Of a stretch of DNA of 64,000 nt, positions 47,869 through 62,255 are shown piece by piece. How positions within the stretch are numbered: the stretch's first letter is position 1; each line of letters begins with the position of its first letter. Made by a program: the position numbers and the translations under genes. Under the pieces are notes generated by a model. That model was not told the origin of the DNA. It did not search any database and saw nothing but the letters and a program-made list of their open reading frames with translations. Location: assembly GCA_000004695.1 (NCBI GenBank), contig CM000153.2, positions 4,416,001 through 4,480,000 on the forward strand. The letters run 5' to 3'. The stretch is from Dictyostelium discoideum (lineage: Eukaryota).

Positions 47869-48133
47869 TTTTTTTTTATTTTTTTTTTATTTTTTTTTTT
47901 TTTTTTCCCATTTTTTTTTTTATTTTTTAATTAATTGAAAACCTTCTTTATTTATTTTTTACTAGAAAAAAAAAAAAAAAAAAAAAAAAAAATGGAAACT
48001 GGAAATTTAAAAATTAAATTGGAATGATTTAAATGTTTTTTATTTTTATTTATTTTTTAATTTTATTTTTTTGAAATTAATAATAAATTATTAATTTTGT
48101 GTAATAATTGAGAATAAAATAATAATTATTATT

Positions 48134-49960
48134 TTATTCTCTTTTTTTTAATTGAATTGAAAAATCTTTTGGGTGAATTGTAATTCCAAAAACTTCAGTT
48201 TCGTCAATCTTTTTTCCACCATTTGAAAACTCAAAATTTAATAAAATATTTGAGCAAGCTAAAAATAAATTAATTTCACTAATGATATTACCTGGGCAAT
48301 TACGTGGACCAATAGAGAATGGTAAAACTACTTTATCCAAATCATTTGGTAATATTTCAGTTGTAATATTTGATTTTGTTTCAGTTGTAGCCTCCATTTC
48401 TCTAGTTGGGGTTTTATTTTTATAATATTCAACCCATCTTTCTGGTTTATAACTTGATGGATCATCAACAAAGTTTTGACCAATACCATATAGATTTGGA
48501 ACGATTTGAGTACCTTTTGGAATAAATATACCACCTGATGTCATAAAATCCTCTTCCGAAACTCTAATTAAACTCAATGGTGCTGGAGTACGCATTCTAA
48601 GGGTTTCTTTAATTGCACCAACTAAATATGGACAATCATCTCTATATTTAGTAGTTACAGCTTTACAATCTTTTCCAACAACTGAAATTAATTCTTCATA
48701 TGCTTTCTTTTGAATTTCTGGATTATTTGCTAAGAAAATACAAAACCATTCAAGTGTACTTGCATTTGTATCACTTCCAGCTAATAAGAAATCCTTATTA
48801 TTAAAATTATTTATTTTAATTAATATTTTTTTTCATTTATTATTTATTATTTATTTTAATTGTATACTTACAGTTGAAACATGAATTACCATATCTTTTT
48901 CTTTACCACCAGTTGAAATAATTAATTGATCCATTAAATCTCTTGGATTTGATTCATCAAGATTTTTAATATGTTCATTATATATTTCTTCCAAGAATGT
49001 ATAAACTTTTTTAGTATCTTGTTCTAACTTTTTATTTTTAAAATAAAAAAATGGTTGTGTATACCAAACATAATCACCAAGATTTCCAGATCCAAGATTT
49101 TCCAAAATATTATAAAATGGTATTATTAATTGTGAAATTGGTCCTTCTTCAACACTTTCATTTTCACTAATTGTTTTACTGAATCCAATACTCATAACAA
49201 TATTCATTGTATATTTGTTATAATATTTATGTGGGAAAAACTATAATTTAAAAATAAATATTAAATTTTAATATATATGTGAGTTTTAATATTTTTAAGA
49301 TAATAATTATACTACTACTACTACTACTTACAGGTTCACCACTTTTTGCATAATATTGCATCGAATTAATTAAAAAGTTAGCTTGTTCTTCGATTAAAGT
49401 TATTACATTTAAAACTTTTGTTTTTGTGAGTGCAGCAGAAACATATCTACGTCTATTTTTCCATGATTCACCAACTGAAAATGATATATCAACTAGATTT
49501 CCACTATAAATTCTAATAGATTCTGATGAAGCTCTATTATAAAAATTTAAATGATTTTTAACATATAATTCACGAAGTATATTTGGGTCTGTTATGACCA
49601 TTGATCTTTCATCACCCATCCATAATGTAAAAATTCCACCAAATTTCTTTGCTAATTCTGTTAAAGAACGATGTGGTTGACTTCCAAATAAATGTAAATG
49701 TCCTAATACTGGAATTGCCAATGGTTGCTTTGGATCATTTTTACTAATTTTTTTATTCTTTTTTGTCTATTAATTTAAAAAATAAAGATTAAAAAAAAAA
49801 AATAAAAAAAAAATAAAATAAAATATTTTAATTAAAAAAACAAATAAATATAGATTTTAAAAATAAAAATAATAATAAAGTAATAATTATTTTTAAAACT
49901 TACAAAATCATAGGCTAATAAACCAATTAATAAATATAAAATTATTAAGCCAATTCCCAT
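48134..49960 (-). CDS. Cytochrome P450 monooxygenase (about 506 aa). Exons (minus strand): 49960..49904, 49766..49332, 49240..48872, 48793..48134.
   Basis: N-terminal anchor MGIGLIILYLLIGLLAYDF. I-helix LAGSDTNAST. K-helix ETLR. Heme loop PFSIGPRNCPG. Donors are GTAAGT x3. Acceptors are AATAG, TATAG, ATAAG. All phases are 0. Confidence 0.85.
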
Positions 49961-50348
49961 TTTTATAGTATATTTGTTATAAATAAATGTTTTTTTTTTT
50001 AATTTTTTTTTTTTTTTAATGATTAAATAGTTTTTTTTTTTTTTTTTTTTTGAAAAAAAGATTTTATTTTTGAAAACAAAAAAAAAAAAAAAAAATCAAA
50101 ATATCATTTGGTGTAACCCAAAAGTAAATTAATTGAAAAAATTATTTTTAATCAATACGTTTTTTTCATTTAAAATCTTTATTTTTTGTTGATTTTTTTT
50201 TTTTTTTTTTTTTTTTATTTGCACGATACTGGATAATTTATCTTTAATTTTAGGGGGTTTAATATAGCCATGGTTAAAAATTATTTGATTTACAATTTGT
50301 TTAATTTTTTTACTAGAATCCTATGTTTTAAAGGACGATAAATATAAA

Positions 50349-50410
<62 letters not shown>

Positions 50411-50915
50411 TAATAAAAGATATTAATAAATTAAAATAAAATCTTTTTTTCAAAAAAAAACCCACCGTAATTTCTATTAAAAAATAAAAAGGTGTTGAGA
50501 TTTTACAAGATTTAAAAAAATAAAAAAAAATAAAAATTTCCAATGAGATATTATTAAATAAACCGAAATATTTTTTTATTTTTAATTTTTTTTTAATATT
50601 TAGAAAAATCTATTATTCCCACCAGTCAAAAAATTTTTGATTATTTAAAAAACCTTGGTGCAAAATTTTTTTGATTGGTCGAATTAATTTAAATTCTATT
50701 AAATTATAATTTTTTTTTTTTTGAAATAAATAAATTCAACAATTTTCATCAATTCTTTTTAAAAATTGAATTATAGGAATTTGTGTAAAGTCCTCATTTT
50801 ACAACATTTTATAAAATGATAAAAAAAAAAAAAAAAAAAAAAAAAAAGATAAAAATAAAATAAAAAAAAAATAAAAATAAATTACATGTTTTAAATATTA
50901 TTATTTTATTATTTA

Positions 50916-51904
50916 TTATTTTATTACTTTATCTAAACAATTATTTTTAAAATTGTTTAATAATTGTTCTTTATATGGTATAATATCAGAATAATCTTGA
51001 ATATATTCATTATTTTCGTGAATGAATTGAGTTAATGTAACTTTTAAAAATTGTTGTTTATATTGGCTTAATAATTTTGAATGATTTGAATATGGTGATT
51101 GTTGTTGATAATTACTATTATTATTATTAGTGGGTTTCATTAATTCACCTATAATCTTTCTACAATGTAAATCAAATTGATGAATTATATTATTTTTTGT
51201 GATAATTTTATCATTTTCTTTCTTTTGGTCAAATTGTAATAATTCTTCATTATCATAATGTTGTTGTTGTAAAGTATTTAATTTTTTAAAATTATAAAAT
51301 TTATTTTTAATATCTTTTAAAATTAATTTAATTTGATTATTATCAGAATCATTAAAATTAAAATCAAAATTAAAAAATAATGTATTTTCTTTTTCCCAAT
51401 TATTTTTATCTAAATTTGGTTGTTCAAATAAGTCATTCATTTTTTCAATTCCTTCATCATCTACATTATTTTTAATTAATCTTTTATTATTTAATTCTTT
51501 TGATTTCTTTAAATCATTTGGGAAATAAATTTGACAATACCTAATATCCTCCTCTTGTTCCTTATTATTATTATTACTACTATTATATGTAAGTTGATAA
51601 AATTTATATCTCATACTCTTATAATACATATTATCATCTAAAATGAATAAATTTAAAATATCATTATTATTATCATCATCATTAATATTATTATTACTAT
51701 TATTATTATTATTATAATGGTAAGATTTTTTTGGTTTGAATTGATTTAGTAAAATAATTTTTTGATTTGAATTATTTGTAATATTATAAATTTGGTTATA
51801 AACTTCCACTCTAGTTGGTTTCCAATTTTCTATTGAACTATTATTTAATGAACCATTTATATTTAAAAATATTTTATCATATTCAATGTGATAAATGTTG
51901 ATAA

Positions 51905-52003
<99 letters not shown>

Positions 52004-52184
52004 TATTAATTAATTCTTTTAAAGTATCTTGGTCTTCATTTATTATTAATTCAATTAATTTATTTGAAAAATATGTTTTACCACATGCTGGTAAACCAAA
52101 TAAAATTAATAATAAATTAATTGTTTGAAAATTTGTAATTTTATTATTATTATTATTACTATTTCTATTATTATCAATGTTCAT
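50916..52184 (-). CDS. pstk: L-seryl-tRNA(Sec) kinase (PSTK, O-phosphoseryl-tRNA(Sec) kinase), Asn-rich, 422 aa.
   Basis: P-loop LLILFGLPACGKTYFS (human: LCVLCGLPAAGKSTF). LFILDDNMYYKSMRYKFYQLTYN (human: LVLDDNFYYQSMRYEVYQLARK). EQPNLDKNNWEKENTLFF (human: EKPNPEKNAWEHNSLTI). A KTI12-family alternative is less consistent with these blocks. Confidence 0.6.
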
Positions 52185-52375
52185 TCAATATATATAAAAT
52201 TAAATAAAAAGTGAGGAAAATTTCATTTTTTTTAATTTTTTTTTTTTTTGGCACTATTGATTTTTTTTTTTTTTATTTTTTTTTATTTTTTTTTATTTTT
52301 TTTTTTTTTATTTTTTTTTTATATTTTTTTAATTTTTTTTTTTTTTTACACAAATACATATACAAACATAATAAA

Positions 52376-52722
52376 ATGGTTGGAATTAATAAACCAGAAC
52401 CATTCGGAACAGGTATCAACGTTCCATATAAATTACAAAAAGTTCAATATTTTAGAGAAAATTTCCAAGCATTTTTCAAATTTACCCCAAAAATCGTTCT
52501 TAATTTAGTTGTTTTAGTTGGTGTTGTCCCATTAACTTGGATGTTTTTAGGTCAAGTTCAACAAGTAAGTCAATAAAAAATAAAAATAAAAAATAAAACC
52601 AATTTATCTGTATTACCTTTTTGGTTATTATTTATTCTAATTAATAATAATAATAATAATAATATTTTTTTATATTATAGGATCAAAAGGTTATTGTCAA
52701 TCGTAAAGCAAGAGAACAATAA
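52376..52722 (+). CDS. Small single-pass membrane protein, 76 aa. Two exons: 52376..52564, 52681..52722.
   Basis: MVGINKPEPFGTGINVPYKLQKVQYFRENFQAFFKFTPKIVLNLVVLVGVVPLTWMFLGQVQQ / DQKVIVNRKAREQ. Donor GTAAGT, acceptor TATAG, phase 0. The size and shape fit a respiratory-chain or small accessory subunit, but no family could be assigned. Confidence 0.4.
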
Positions 52723-52817
52723 ATAAATAAAAATAAAATATAATATAGGAAATGAATAAACGATTAATAGTAATAATATATTAAAATTAAAAAAAAAGAA
52801 GAAAAAAAAAATAAAAT

Positions 52818-52848
<31 letters not shown>

Positions 52849-52952
52849 GTTATATATGTTAAAAACAAAGAATACAATTCTCGATTTATATGTTTTATTT
52901 TTGAAAAAAAAAAAAATAAATAAATAAATAAATAAAAAAGCTAAATGAAAAA

Positions 52953-53799
52953 TTATGGTGTGGATTTAAATTTTAATATAGTTTCAACACCATTTAGATT
53001 GGATTCAATTAAAGTTCGATTTTTACAAATCTTTTCACAAGTTGTTAAAATAGTTTTTGAAAATTCTTTAAATTGTTCATACACTGTTTGCCATGGTACT
53101 TGATATGGTAGCTGATCACCATTATCTTCTTCTCCTTCTTCGTTTTCTTTTTCTTTTTCTTTTTCTTTTTCTTTTTCTTTTTCTTTTTCTTTTTCTTTTT
53201 CTTTTTCTTTTTCTTCATTTTCAGATTTGTTCTCTTTTTCATTTTTATCTTCATCTTTAATTATACTTGTAAGTTTTTGTTGTTGTTGTTGTTGTTTATT
53301 TTGAACTTGATTTTTTAATTTTAATCCATATTGTTTTGTTGACGAAATGATTGTCGATTGAAAAAGTTGACAAATCATAATTACAAATACTTCAATCTCA
53401 CCGATTGGACTCTCTAGATTTAAATAGTTTGTGTCATTATCATCATTTTGATTATCATGATAATTGTAGCTATCATAGAATTGATCATCAGAGGATGGAG
53501 TTTTACTACAGTGTTTTATTGCTTTTGTACTGATTTTCTTAAACCATGGTGTTAACTCTTCGATCAATTCTTTAGTTCCACCTCTTTTTCTTTTATTAAA
53601 TCCAACAAATTCATTACCTGAACCAGTTGGATAAAAATATTCTAACATTCCTTTCAATAATTTAGTTTTTTCATCACCAAATGGCATTAATTGACAAAAC
53701 AAAGCTCTTCTATAACATCTTTTAATATTTCTAAATCCTTGACTTATTGACGGTAATATACTATCTTCCCAACTTTTTCCACCTCTATAAATCTAAAAA

Positions 53800-53892
<93 letters not shown>

Positions 53893-54715
53893 AATGATGA
53901 CGATGATGATGATTATGAATTAATTAAATAAACTACTTACAAGTGTTACAAATTTTGACATTTCTCTTAATGTATCATGATCACAATTATCAATGATTGA
54001 CATTACTTCACTAAATAATATATGAGCTCTATTACCAACTTTAAATAAACGATGAAGTGGATGACTATCAGTGAAAGATGATGTTACCATATTCATTGAT
54101 TCATATATTGATATAAAATAAGTTGCTAAAACTTTTGAGCTTAAAAATGGTATTTTAGCAACACTATCACTTACTGTATTTACACCTCTTGAACTTGTAG
54201 CCAATGACGATGACGATAATGTTGGTGATGACTCTGTTTTTAATTTTTTACCTGCTCTTTCACCAGTGGTAGTGGTGGTGGTGGTAGTAGTAGGTGGTGA
54301 TGATGAATTTGGTCTTGATAAATGAATATTCAATGAAATGAATACTGATATAATTAAATCCCAATTCTCTAACTCAATACGATAACCTTCATCTTTTAAA
54401 CTATTCAAAACTTTAATAATATTATAAACAACTGCTGGATCATTTGATCTCTCTGATTCTAATATATCAATCATTATATTTTGAATTACTCTAAATATAT
54501 ATATATATATATAAATATTATATTTTTAAATTAGTAAATTTATAACCTTAAATATATTTATTTTAAATTTAATTTTTCACTTACAATGGCGGGTAAAATC
54601 CTTTATTTGATAGGTATGTTAAAAGTTCTGATGCTTGTACAATTTGATAATCTTCATCATCTTTAAATAAAGATGATATCGTATTACTTAAACCAACTGA
54701 AAATTCACTGTTCAT
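52953..54715 (-). CDS. Hypothetical protein of about 506 aa with an (EK)n tract. Exons (minus strand): 54715..54585, 54490..53941, 53792..52953.
   Basis: MNSEFSVGLSNTISSLFKDDEDYQIVQASELLTYLSNKGFYPP / ..IQNIMIDILESERSNDPAVVYNIIKVLNSL..REMSKFVTL / IYRGGKSWEDSILPSISQGFRNIKRCYRRALFCQLMPFGDEK... Donors are GTAAGT x2; phases 2 and 0 are consistent. No family was recognised. Confidence 0.5.
53796..53888. repeat. (ATT)about 31 microsatellite in intron 2 of the gene above.
   Basis: Seen directly in the sequence. Confidence 0.9.
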
Positions 54716-55380
54716 TGTGGTTTATTTGTTTTGCAAATTAAAAAAAAAAAAAAAATAAAAAATTTGAAAATAAAAAAAAAAAAAGAAAAAGAAAAAGGGA
54801 GATTGAAGGGGGAAAAATAAAAAAAAGCGGCAAAATAGTTTTTTAATATTTCTAATACTTTTAATATTTTTTAACAATTGCTTTTAATATGAATTTAATA
54901 CTTTAATTAAAAAAAAATAGATAGTACCAAAATAAATAAATAGAAATTGAAAAAAAAAAAATAAAAAATAAAAAAAAAATAAAAAATTCAAAAAAACACA
55001 GTGGTTACATTCATTTTTTTTTATATTTTATATGATTTTGTGTATTTTTTAGTGCTCTATTTTTTTATACTAAATTCATATTAAAAACAAATAAAATTAA
55101 ATCATTGTTTAAAAAAAATAAAATAATTAAATAAAAAAAAAAAAATAAAATAAAAAAAAAAAAAAAATGAAAATATTTCAAGTGAAGAGTTTGAAAGTTT
55201 TTTCAAATATTTTTTTCATTTTTTTTTTATTTTTTTTTTTTATTTTTTTATTTTTCATTTTTTTTTTTTTTTTTTTATTTCTAAAATCCTTTCTCTCCCT
55301 GTTTTGACATAACTCTTTTAACTTCATATTTTTCCATATTATATATATTTATATAGATAATATAAAAGAAAAAAAAAAAA

Positions 55381-56341
55381 ATGGAAGGAAGAAGTTTTTT
55401 TAGAGTATGTTTTAAATAAATTAAAAATTAATTAAAATCAATTATAATACCACTAAACTAATTATTATTATTATTCATTATATTAATATATTTATATAGG
55501 GTACATCAGCAGAGCAAGATAATAGATTTGGAGATAAACAAAAAAAGATTTTAAAATCTATGAAATTTCCACCCCATTTCAATACTAAAATTGATATGAC
55601 CAAAGTACATTTACCATCATTCAAAAAATGGATAAATAATCAAGTCATGGATATATTAAAATTTGAAGATGATATAGTTTGTGATTTTATATATGGTTTA
55701 TTAAGTGTAAGTGTTCTTTTTTTTTTTTTTTTTATTTTCTTAGACCAATAAAAAAAAAAATGAAAAATCAAACAAGAATAATTTATTCTCATTTCTTATT
55801 TTTATTTTTTTATTTTTTGTTATTTTTGTTATAATTATTATTGTTAACATAGTTTAAATTAAATAAATGAATAAATGTATTTATTTGTTTATTTTAATTT
55901 TAATTTTAATTTTATAGGAAAGTAATAATCCAGATCCAAAAACCATTCAAATTAATATAACTGGATTTTTAACCAAAGATGCAGCAAGTTTTATGGATAA
56001 ATTGTGGAAACTATTGATAAATGCACAAAATTCAATTGGTGGTATACCAGAGGAATTTTTAAAGGATGCACAATTTGCATCACAAAAAGCAAAAGAAGAA
56101 GAGAATAGGATTAAACAAGCAATTGATAAAACTAAACAAAAGATTGAACAATCCAATTCAACTGTCAATAATTTTAATATTAGAAATCCAACTTATCAAC
56201 CACCATTACATCAGCAACAACCACAACAACCACAACAACAACCAATTAATTATGGTTTACAACAACCACAACCACAAAAAAGATTTACTGATCATCCACC
56301 ACCATACCCACCACCTCAAACAATTGCAAAAACAATAACTC

Positions 56342-56379
<38 letters not shown>

Positions 56380-57325
56380 CCAAATAATGTACAAATACCA
56401 TCACAAGCAAAAATACCACAAAATACAACAACAACAACAACAGCAACAGGTGTAATACCAGTAAAAACAGAGATTAATATTGATCCAAGTTTAGATTTAA
56501 AAGGTTCAAGAAAGAATAGAACTGAATATAAAGATAGAGATAGAGAAAGGGAAAGAGAGAAAGAAAGAGACTATAGAGAAAAGGAAAGAGAAAGAGATAG
56601 AGAAAGAGATAGAGACAGAGAAAGAGATAGAGAAAGGGAAAGAGATTTAAGAGATAGAGAATATAAAACTCGTGATTACTATCATGATAGTAGAGATTAT
56701 CGTGATGACAGAGACCTTTATGATAGTAGAGATTATAGAGATAGTAGAGACTATAGAAGTAGTAGAGACTATCGTGATGATAGAGATTATCGTGATAATA
56801 GGGATTATTATAGCAGCAGTAGCAGTAGCAGTAGCAGCAGTGGTAGAGATAGAGATAGAGACTATAGAGATAGTAGAGACTATAGAAGTAGTAGAGATTA
56901 TCGTGATAGAGATTATCACAGTAGCAGTAGTAGTTTAAGCAGTCGAGATAGAGACCATCGTAGTAGTAGAGATCATCATCATTATTCATCTTCCTCCTCA
57001 TCATCATCATCATCTTTAAGAAGAGATAGAAGTAGATCAAGAACTCCAGAATATCGTGATAGAAGTAAAAGCAGATCAAGAAGCAGAAATAGAAGTAAAA
57101 GTAATGATAGAAAACAAAATAAAAACACAAGTAGAAGTAGATCAAGAAGTAATAGTAATAGTAATAGTGGTGGTAGTCGTAGTAGAAGTAGAGATAGAAA
57201 TAAAATTAGTGATAGATCTCCATCTAGAAGTAGAAGTAATGAAAAAAGGTTTAGAAGTCCTTCTCCCTCAAATAATAATAATAATGAAATTAATAATAAT
57301 AATAATAATAATAATACTAATGGCG

Positions 57326-57387
<62 letters not shown>

Positions 57388-57498
57388 TATAATGAAGATT
57401 CTAATAATGATGAAAATGATAGCGATAGCAGAAAAACTAAAAAACCAAAATCACTAAATATTTATAGTGATGATGATTTTGATGATAAATCAAATTGA
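55381..57498 (+). CDS. SRRM1/SRm160-like splicing coactivator with an N-terminal PWI domain and an RD/RE/RS-rich tail (about 603 aa). Exons: 55381..55404, 55500..55706, 55918..57498.
   Basis: MEGRSFFR / GTSAEQDNRFGDKQKKILKSMKFPPHFNTKIDMTKVHLPSFKKWINNQVMDILKFEDDIVCDFIYGLLS / ESNNPDPKTIQINITGFLTKDAASFMDKLWKLLINAQNSIGGIPEEFL. This tracks human SRRM1 residues 25-140 almost block for block. Then RDRERERDR and SRSRS repeats follow. Donors GTATGT and GTAAGT; phase 0. Confidence 0.75.
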
Positions 57499-57627
57499 TA
57501 TACCATAAAAAAAAAAAAAAAAAATAAAAAATAAATCCGATAAAATTTCATCAATATATACTTTTACAATTTTGTATATTTTATTATTATTTATTTATTT
57601 ATCTATTATTTATTATTATTTATTTAT

Positions 57628-58491
57628 TTATAATCTTGAATGTGATCTTTTAATTGTACCTTCGATTAAACCTGATGGTTCTTCAACTGGTTGGAAAACA
57701 GTTTGATTATTTTCAATATTTAAACGTGAGAAATCGAAACCAAAAGCATGTTTATTTGGAAGGGAAAGGTGGACTTGTTCAACTTGTGGTACTTTGGAGA
57801 TGACATCTTTGGCAATGAGGAAGAGGGTCTCTTGAACGGAACGAGAGTAAGTTTGAGCAAAGATATCGAATACAGAGAGTTTGAATTGTTCAAATACTTT
57901 TGAATAATCTACAGACAATGTATTGTAAGTCCAATTTGCAGTAACTACAGTTGCAAAGACTCTATCTTTGGTCTCTTTCAATGAGGTGTATTTGTCACGG
58001 TGGAAACCTTCGAATCCGCTTTGAGTGGTTTTCATAATCAAAAGATCGTCAATACCAGAGACAACCACTGGTGATTTGTCACGAGATGATGTCACTGTAA
58101 CCGAATGGATCTCTCTATCACGTTGGAATGAATGAGCTTGTTCCTTGCCATTGGAGGTCTTAATACGACGCCATTGATTCTCACGCATGACAACCTCAAC
58201 TCCGTTTACCCATGAATAGGTGGCTAAAAAGTGTTTACCCAATAAAATACCATACTCTTCTAAACTCTTGAATTCTTCTTTTTGTGCAATCACATAGACT
58301 GTATTCTTCATGGTATCTGTGGCTACAACTTTACTATTGTCCCCGGTTAAATAGGTCTCTGAGAATTCGGCTCCCCTTAATAATACACGACAATCGAAAT
58401 CAAATACTTTATGATATTCATTTGGTCCTTTAAATACTCTTAATACACGAACTCTTGCTTTACCATATCTATTATCAATTAATGTTGCCAT
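57628..58491 (-). CDS. uox: Urate oxidase (uricase), 287 aa, peroxisomal.
   Basis: Uricase signature LLIMKTTQSGFEGFHRDKYT. N-terminal MATLIDNRYGKARVRVLRV. C-terminal SRL is a PTS1 tripeptide. Single exon. Confidence 0.85.
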   Translation of the reverse strand: MATLIDNRYGKARVRVLRVFKGPNEYHKVFDFDCRVLLRGAEFSETYLTGDNSKVVATDTMKNTVYVIAQKEEFKSLEEYGILLGKHFLATYSWVNGVEVVMRENQWRRIKTSNGKEQAHSFQRDREIHSVTVTSSRDKSPVVVSGIDDLLIMKTTQSGFEGFHRDKYTSLKETKDRVFATVVTANWTYNTLSVDYSKVFEQFKLSVFDIFAQTYSRSVQETLFLIAKDVISKVPQVEQVHLSLPNKHAFGFDFSRLNIENNQTVFQPVEEPSGLIEGTIKRSHSRL

Positions 58492-59320
58492 TTTTATTTT
58501 ATTTTATTTTATTTTTTTTTATTCTTTTAATAATTTATTTTACTTTGTTTAATTTAATTTTATTTTTTTTTTTTTTTTTTTTTCCAAATTTGGTAATTAA
58601 TTGAAAAAAAAAAAAAAAAAATTAATATTTTATTATTTTATATAAACATTTAAAAATGATAATATAGAATTGAAATTTACCTACAAACTATTTATTTAAA
58701 ATGAAAAAAAAAAAAAAAAAATCAATTTATAAAGTGTTTTTAAAGGAGATATTTTTTTTTTTAATAATATTTTCATTTTTTTTTTTTTTTTTTAATTTTT
58801 TTTTTAATTTTTTTTTTGTAATTTCATATTAAAAAAATCAAAAAGGAATATTTCAAAATTTTATTAATTATTATAACTAAAATTCAAGATAATTTTCGTG
58901 TTGCTACTCTATCGTAAATCAAATTGATTATTATAGAAAAAACAAATTGATGGTGATCTAATTTTTATTCATTGTTGATTATTATTATAAAAATAAATTG
59001 TTAAGAAAATTAAAAATTTTTAAAAAAAAAATAATTAAAAATAAAACAAAATTAAAATAAAAATGAGAAAAAAAAAATGTTTTATTTGACATTTAAAAAA
59101 ATAAAATAAATAAAAAATATTATAAAATAAAATAATAAAATAATGGAGTAAAAAAATAAATTAAAAATAAAATAAAATAAAATAAAAACTCAAAGTTTCT
59201 TTATTGATAAAAAAAAAAAAAAAATAATCAAAATTTAAGGATTATGAAATTGTGAATTTGGTTCCATATCACAAAGAATTTTGAAAAAAAATAAAATATG
59301 GATTAAGAAACTAAATCAGG

Positions 59321-59324
59321 AAAG

Positions 59325-59386
<62 letters not shown>
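59321..59386. repeat. Poly(A) homopolymer of about 66 nt, followed 100 nt later by poly(T) of about 40 nt.
   Basis: Seen directly in the intergenic region upstream of svkA. Confidence 0.9.
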
Positions 59387-59388
<2 letters not shown>

Positions 59389-59449
59389 AAATTTAAAATT
59401 TTTTTTTTTCAAAATTTTTTTTTCAATTTTTATTTATTTTTATTTTTAT

Positions 59450-59499
<50 letters not shown>

Positions 59500-60044
59500 A
59501 TAATCATAAACGTACAATTATAATATAAAAACAATCACACATTTTGTAATAGTAGTAACAGTTTTATTTAAATATATAGGTAAAAAAACCGTAACATAAA
59601 GGAAAAGAAAAACATATAATAGGATGTATTTCTTTTTTTTTTTTTTTTTTTTTTCCCAACAACCTTTTTTTTTTATTTAAAAATATTATTTTTTTTTTTT
59701 TTTTTTGTTTATTTTTTTTTTCTTTGTTATATTTTTAAAAATGATCCTTTGGATTATCATTATAATAATAAGAAAGCAAGCAACATTAATTTTTTTTTTT
59801 TTTTTATAATTTTTTTTTTTTTTTTTTGTGGTCATTAAATTGTAAAGTGTGTTGTGTTGTGTTGTTTTTTTGTTTTATTTTTTTTTTTTATTTTTTTTTT
59901 TTATATATTATTTTTATATTTCAATTGTATCACATAGTGGGGAATTAATTGTATATCTTAATATTTTTTTTTATTATATTTTTAATTTTTTTTTTTTTTT
60001 TTTTTTTTTTTCTCCTTCTTTCCTAAACAAATAGAACACTATTA

Positions 60045-60107
<63 letters not shown>

Positions 60108-60217
60108 AAATATTATAGGATTTCTTTTTTTTTTTTTTTTTTTCACCAACCAATTAATACAAATCATATATCAATACGACGAATATAAATTCAAATTTGT
60201 AAAATATAAAAACTAAG

Positions 60218-60557
60218 ATGGCAAGCAAAAAAGGTGATCCAGAAGAACTCTATGTCAGACAAGAGAAGATTGGTAAAGGTTCATTTGGTGAAGTATTCAA
60301 AGGGTATATATCTACTTGGATAAATAATAAATGATTTTATAGTTTATAATGATGATATTGGTGACGATGATAACGATAATAATGTAGTTAAAGAATAGTT
60401 ATAAATGATGATAATGGCAATGATAATAGGAAAATAGTATAAAATAATAAAATAAAAATAATAATGATGGTTTTGATAATTGATTTGAGGATGATAATAC
60501 TGATGATAATACTGATGATGATGATGATAATAATGATGACGATAATGATGATGATAG

Positions 60558-60631
<74 letters not shown>

Positions 60632-60918
60632 GTGATGATATTTAATATTAGAAAGTACTTATTCAAAACAACTAATTCAATAATCCATATATATAGTATC
60701 AATAAAAAAACAAATGAAACAATAGCAATAAAAACAATTGATCTTGAAGATGCAGAGGATGAAATTGAAGATATTCAACAAGAAATCAATGTACTCTCTC
60801 AATGTGAAAGTCCATTTGTAACAAAATATTTTGGTTCATTTTTAAAAGGTTCAAAATTATGGATTATTATGGAATATCTTGCAGGTGGTTCAGTTTTAGA
60901 TTTGGTAAATATCATTTT

Positions 60919-60954
<36 letters not shown>

Positions 60955-61256
60955 TAATAACTAAACTCAATATTAATATTTTTTTTTTTTTTTTTTTTTT
61001 TTTATATATAAAAAAAGATGAAACCAGGTCCATTCGACGAAGGATATATTGCAATTATTTTAAGAGAGTTATTAAAAGGTTTGGAATATTTACATTCAGA
61101 AGGTAAAATTCACAGAGATATTAAAGCTGCAAATGTTTTACTTTCAGCAAGCGGTGATGTTAAATTAGCTGATTTTGGTGTTAGTGGTCAATTAACTGAT
61201 CAAATGACAAAGAGAAATACATTTGTTGGTACCCCATTTTGGATGGCACCTGTAAG

Positions 61257-61316
<60 letters not shown>

Positions 61317-62255
61317 TACAATATTATTATTATTTATAATTTATAGGAAGTTATTAAACAAACTGGATATGATTCAAAAGCTGATATTTGGAGTATGGGT
61401 ATTACAGCATTAGAGATGGCAAAAGGAGAACCACCAAGAGCCGATTTACATCCAATGAGAGCATTATTTTTAATTCCAAAAGATCCACCACCAACACTCG
61501 AAGGTAATTTCTCAAAAGGGTTCAAAGAATTTTGTGCACTTTGTTTGAATAAAGATCCAAATCAAAGACCAACAGCAAAAGATTTATTAAAACATAAATT
61601 TATAAAGGCAGCAAAGAAGACTAGCAGCTTAACTGATCTCATCGAAAGAAGACAAAAATGGTTACAATTGAATGGAAATAATGCTGATGATGAAAATGAT
61701 GATTTAGATAGAGATGCCAAATCAAATGAAGAAGATTTTGGCTGGGAATTCCCAACAATTAAACAAAAATCACCAGTTGCTGTTCAAGAACAACAACAAA
61801 CCCCACAAAAACCAACTGTAGTATCAACTCCAATTAAAGAACAACAACAACAACAACAACCAACACCTGTAACAACACCACAACAACCTGTAACAACAAC
61901 CACCACAACACCAACTACTGAAACCAAAGTAAGATCATTATCAAATAGTTCACAAACCACACCAGTTAAAACTACTGTTGCTGCAACCACTGCACCTGCA
62001 ACTACACCAGCTTCAAATGCACCAACTTCAACAACACCAAATGGTGCCGCTGTCACTCAACAACAAGCACCAAGAGCCTCTGCTCTTACCTCTGTCATTT
62101 ATCCAGTTTTATCGAAATTACTTAAAAATACATCTGATGAAAATGTTATCAATGCTTTGGCTCAACTTAAAATGGCATTTGATAATGCTGAAAAAGCAAA
62201 GCCTGGTATCACTCACAGTTTAATCGCACAAATCATTGAAACCCTTAAAAGATAA
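60218..62255 (+). CDS. svkA: Severin kinase, a Ste20/GCK-III (MST3/MST4/STK25-type) Ser/Thr kinase. Four exons: 60218..60303, 60697..60904, 61018..61251, 61347..62255. The spliced product is exactly 478 aa.
   Basis: [20 protein letters not shown] / [69 protein letters not shown] / [67 protein letters not shown] / [30 protein letters not shown]... This is close to 70% identical to human MST3 across the domain. Donors are GTATAT, GTAAAT, GTAAGT; phases 2, 0, 0. Confidence 0.85.
60480..60640. repeat. (GAT)about 50 microsatellite in svkA intron 1.
   Basis: Seen directly. It generates the spurious poly-M and poly-I ORFs at 60464..60964 and 60388..60702. Confidence 0.9.
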
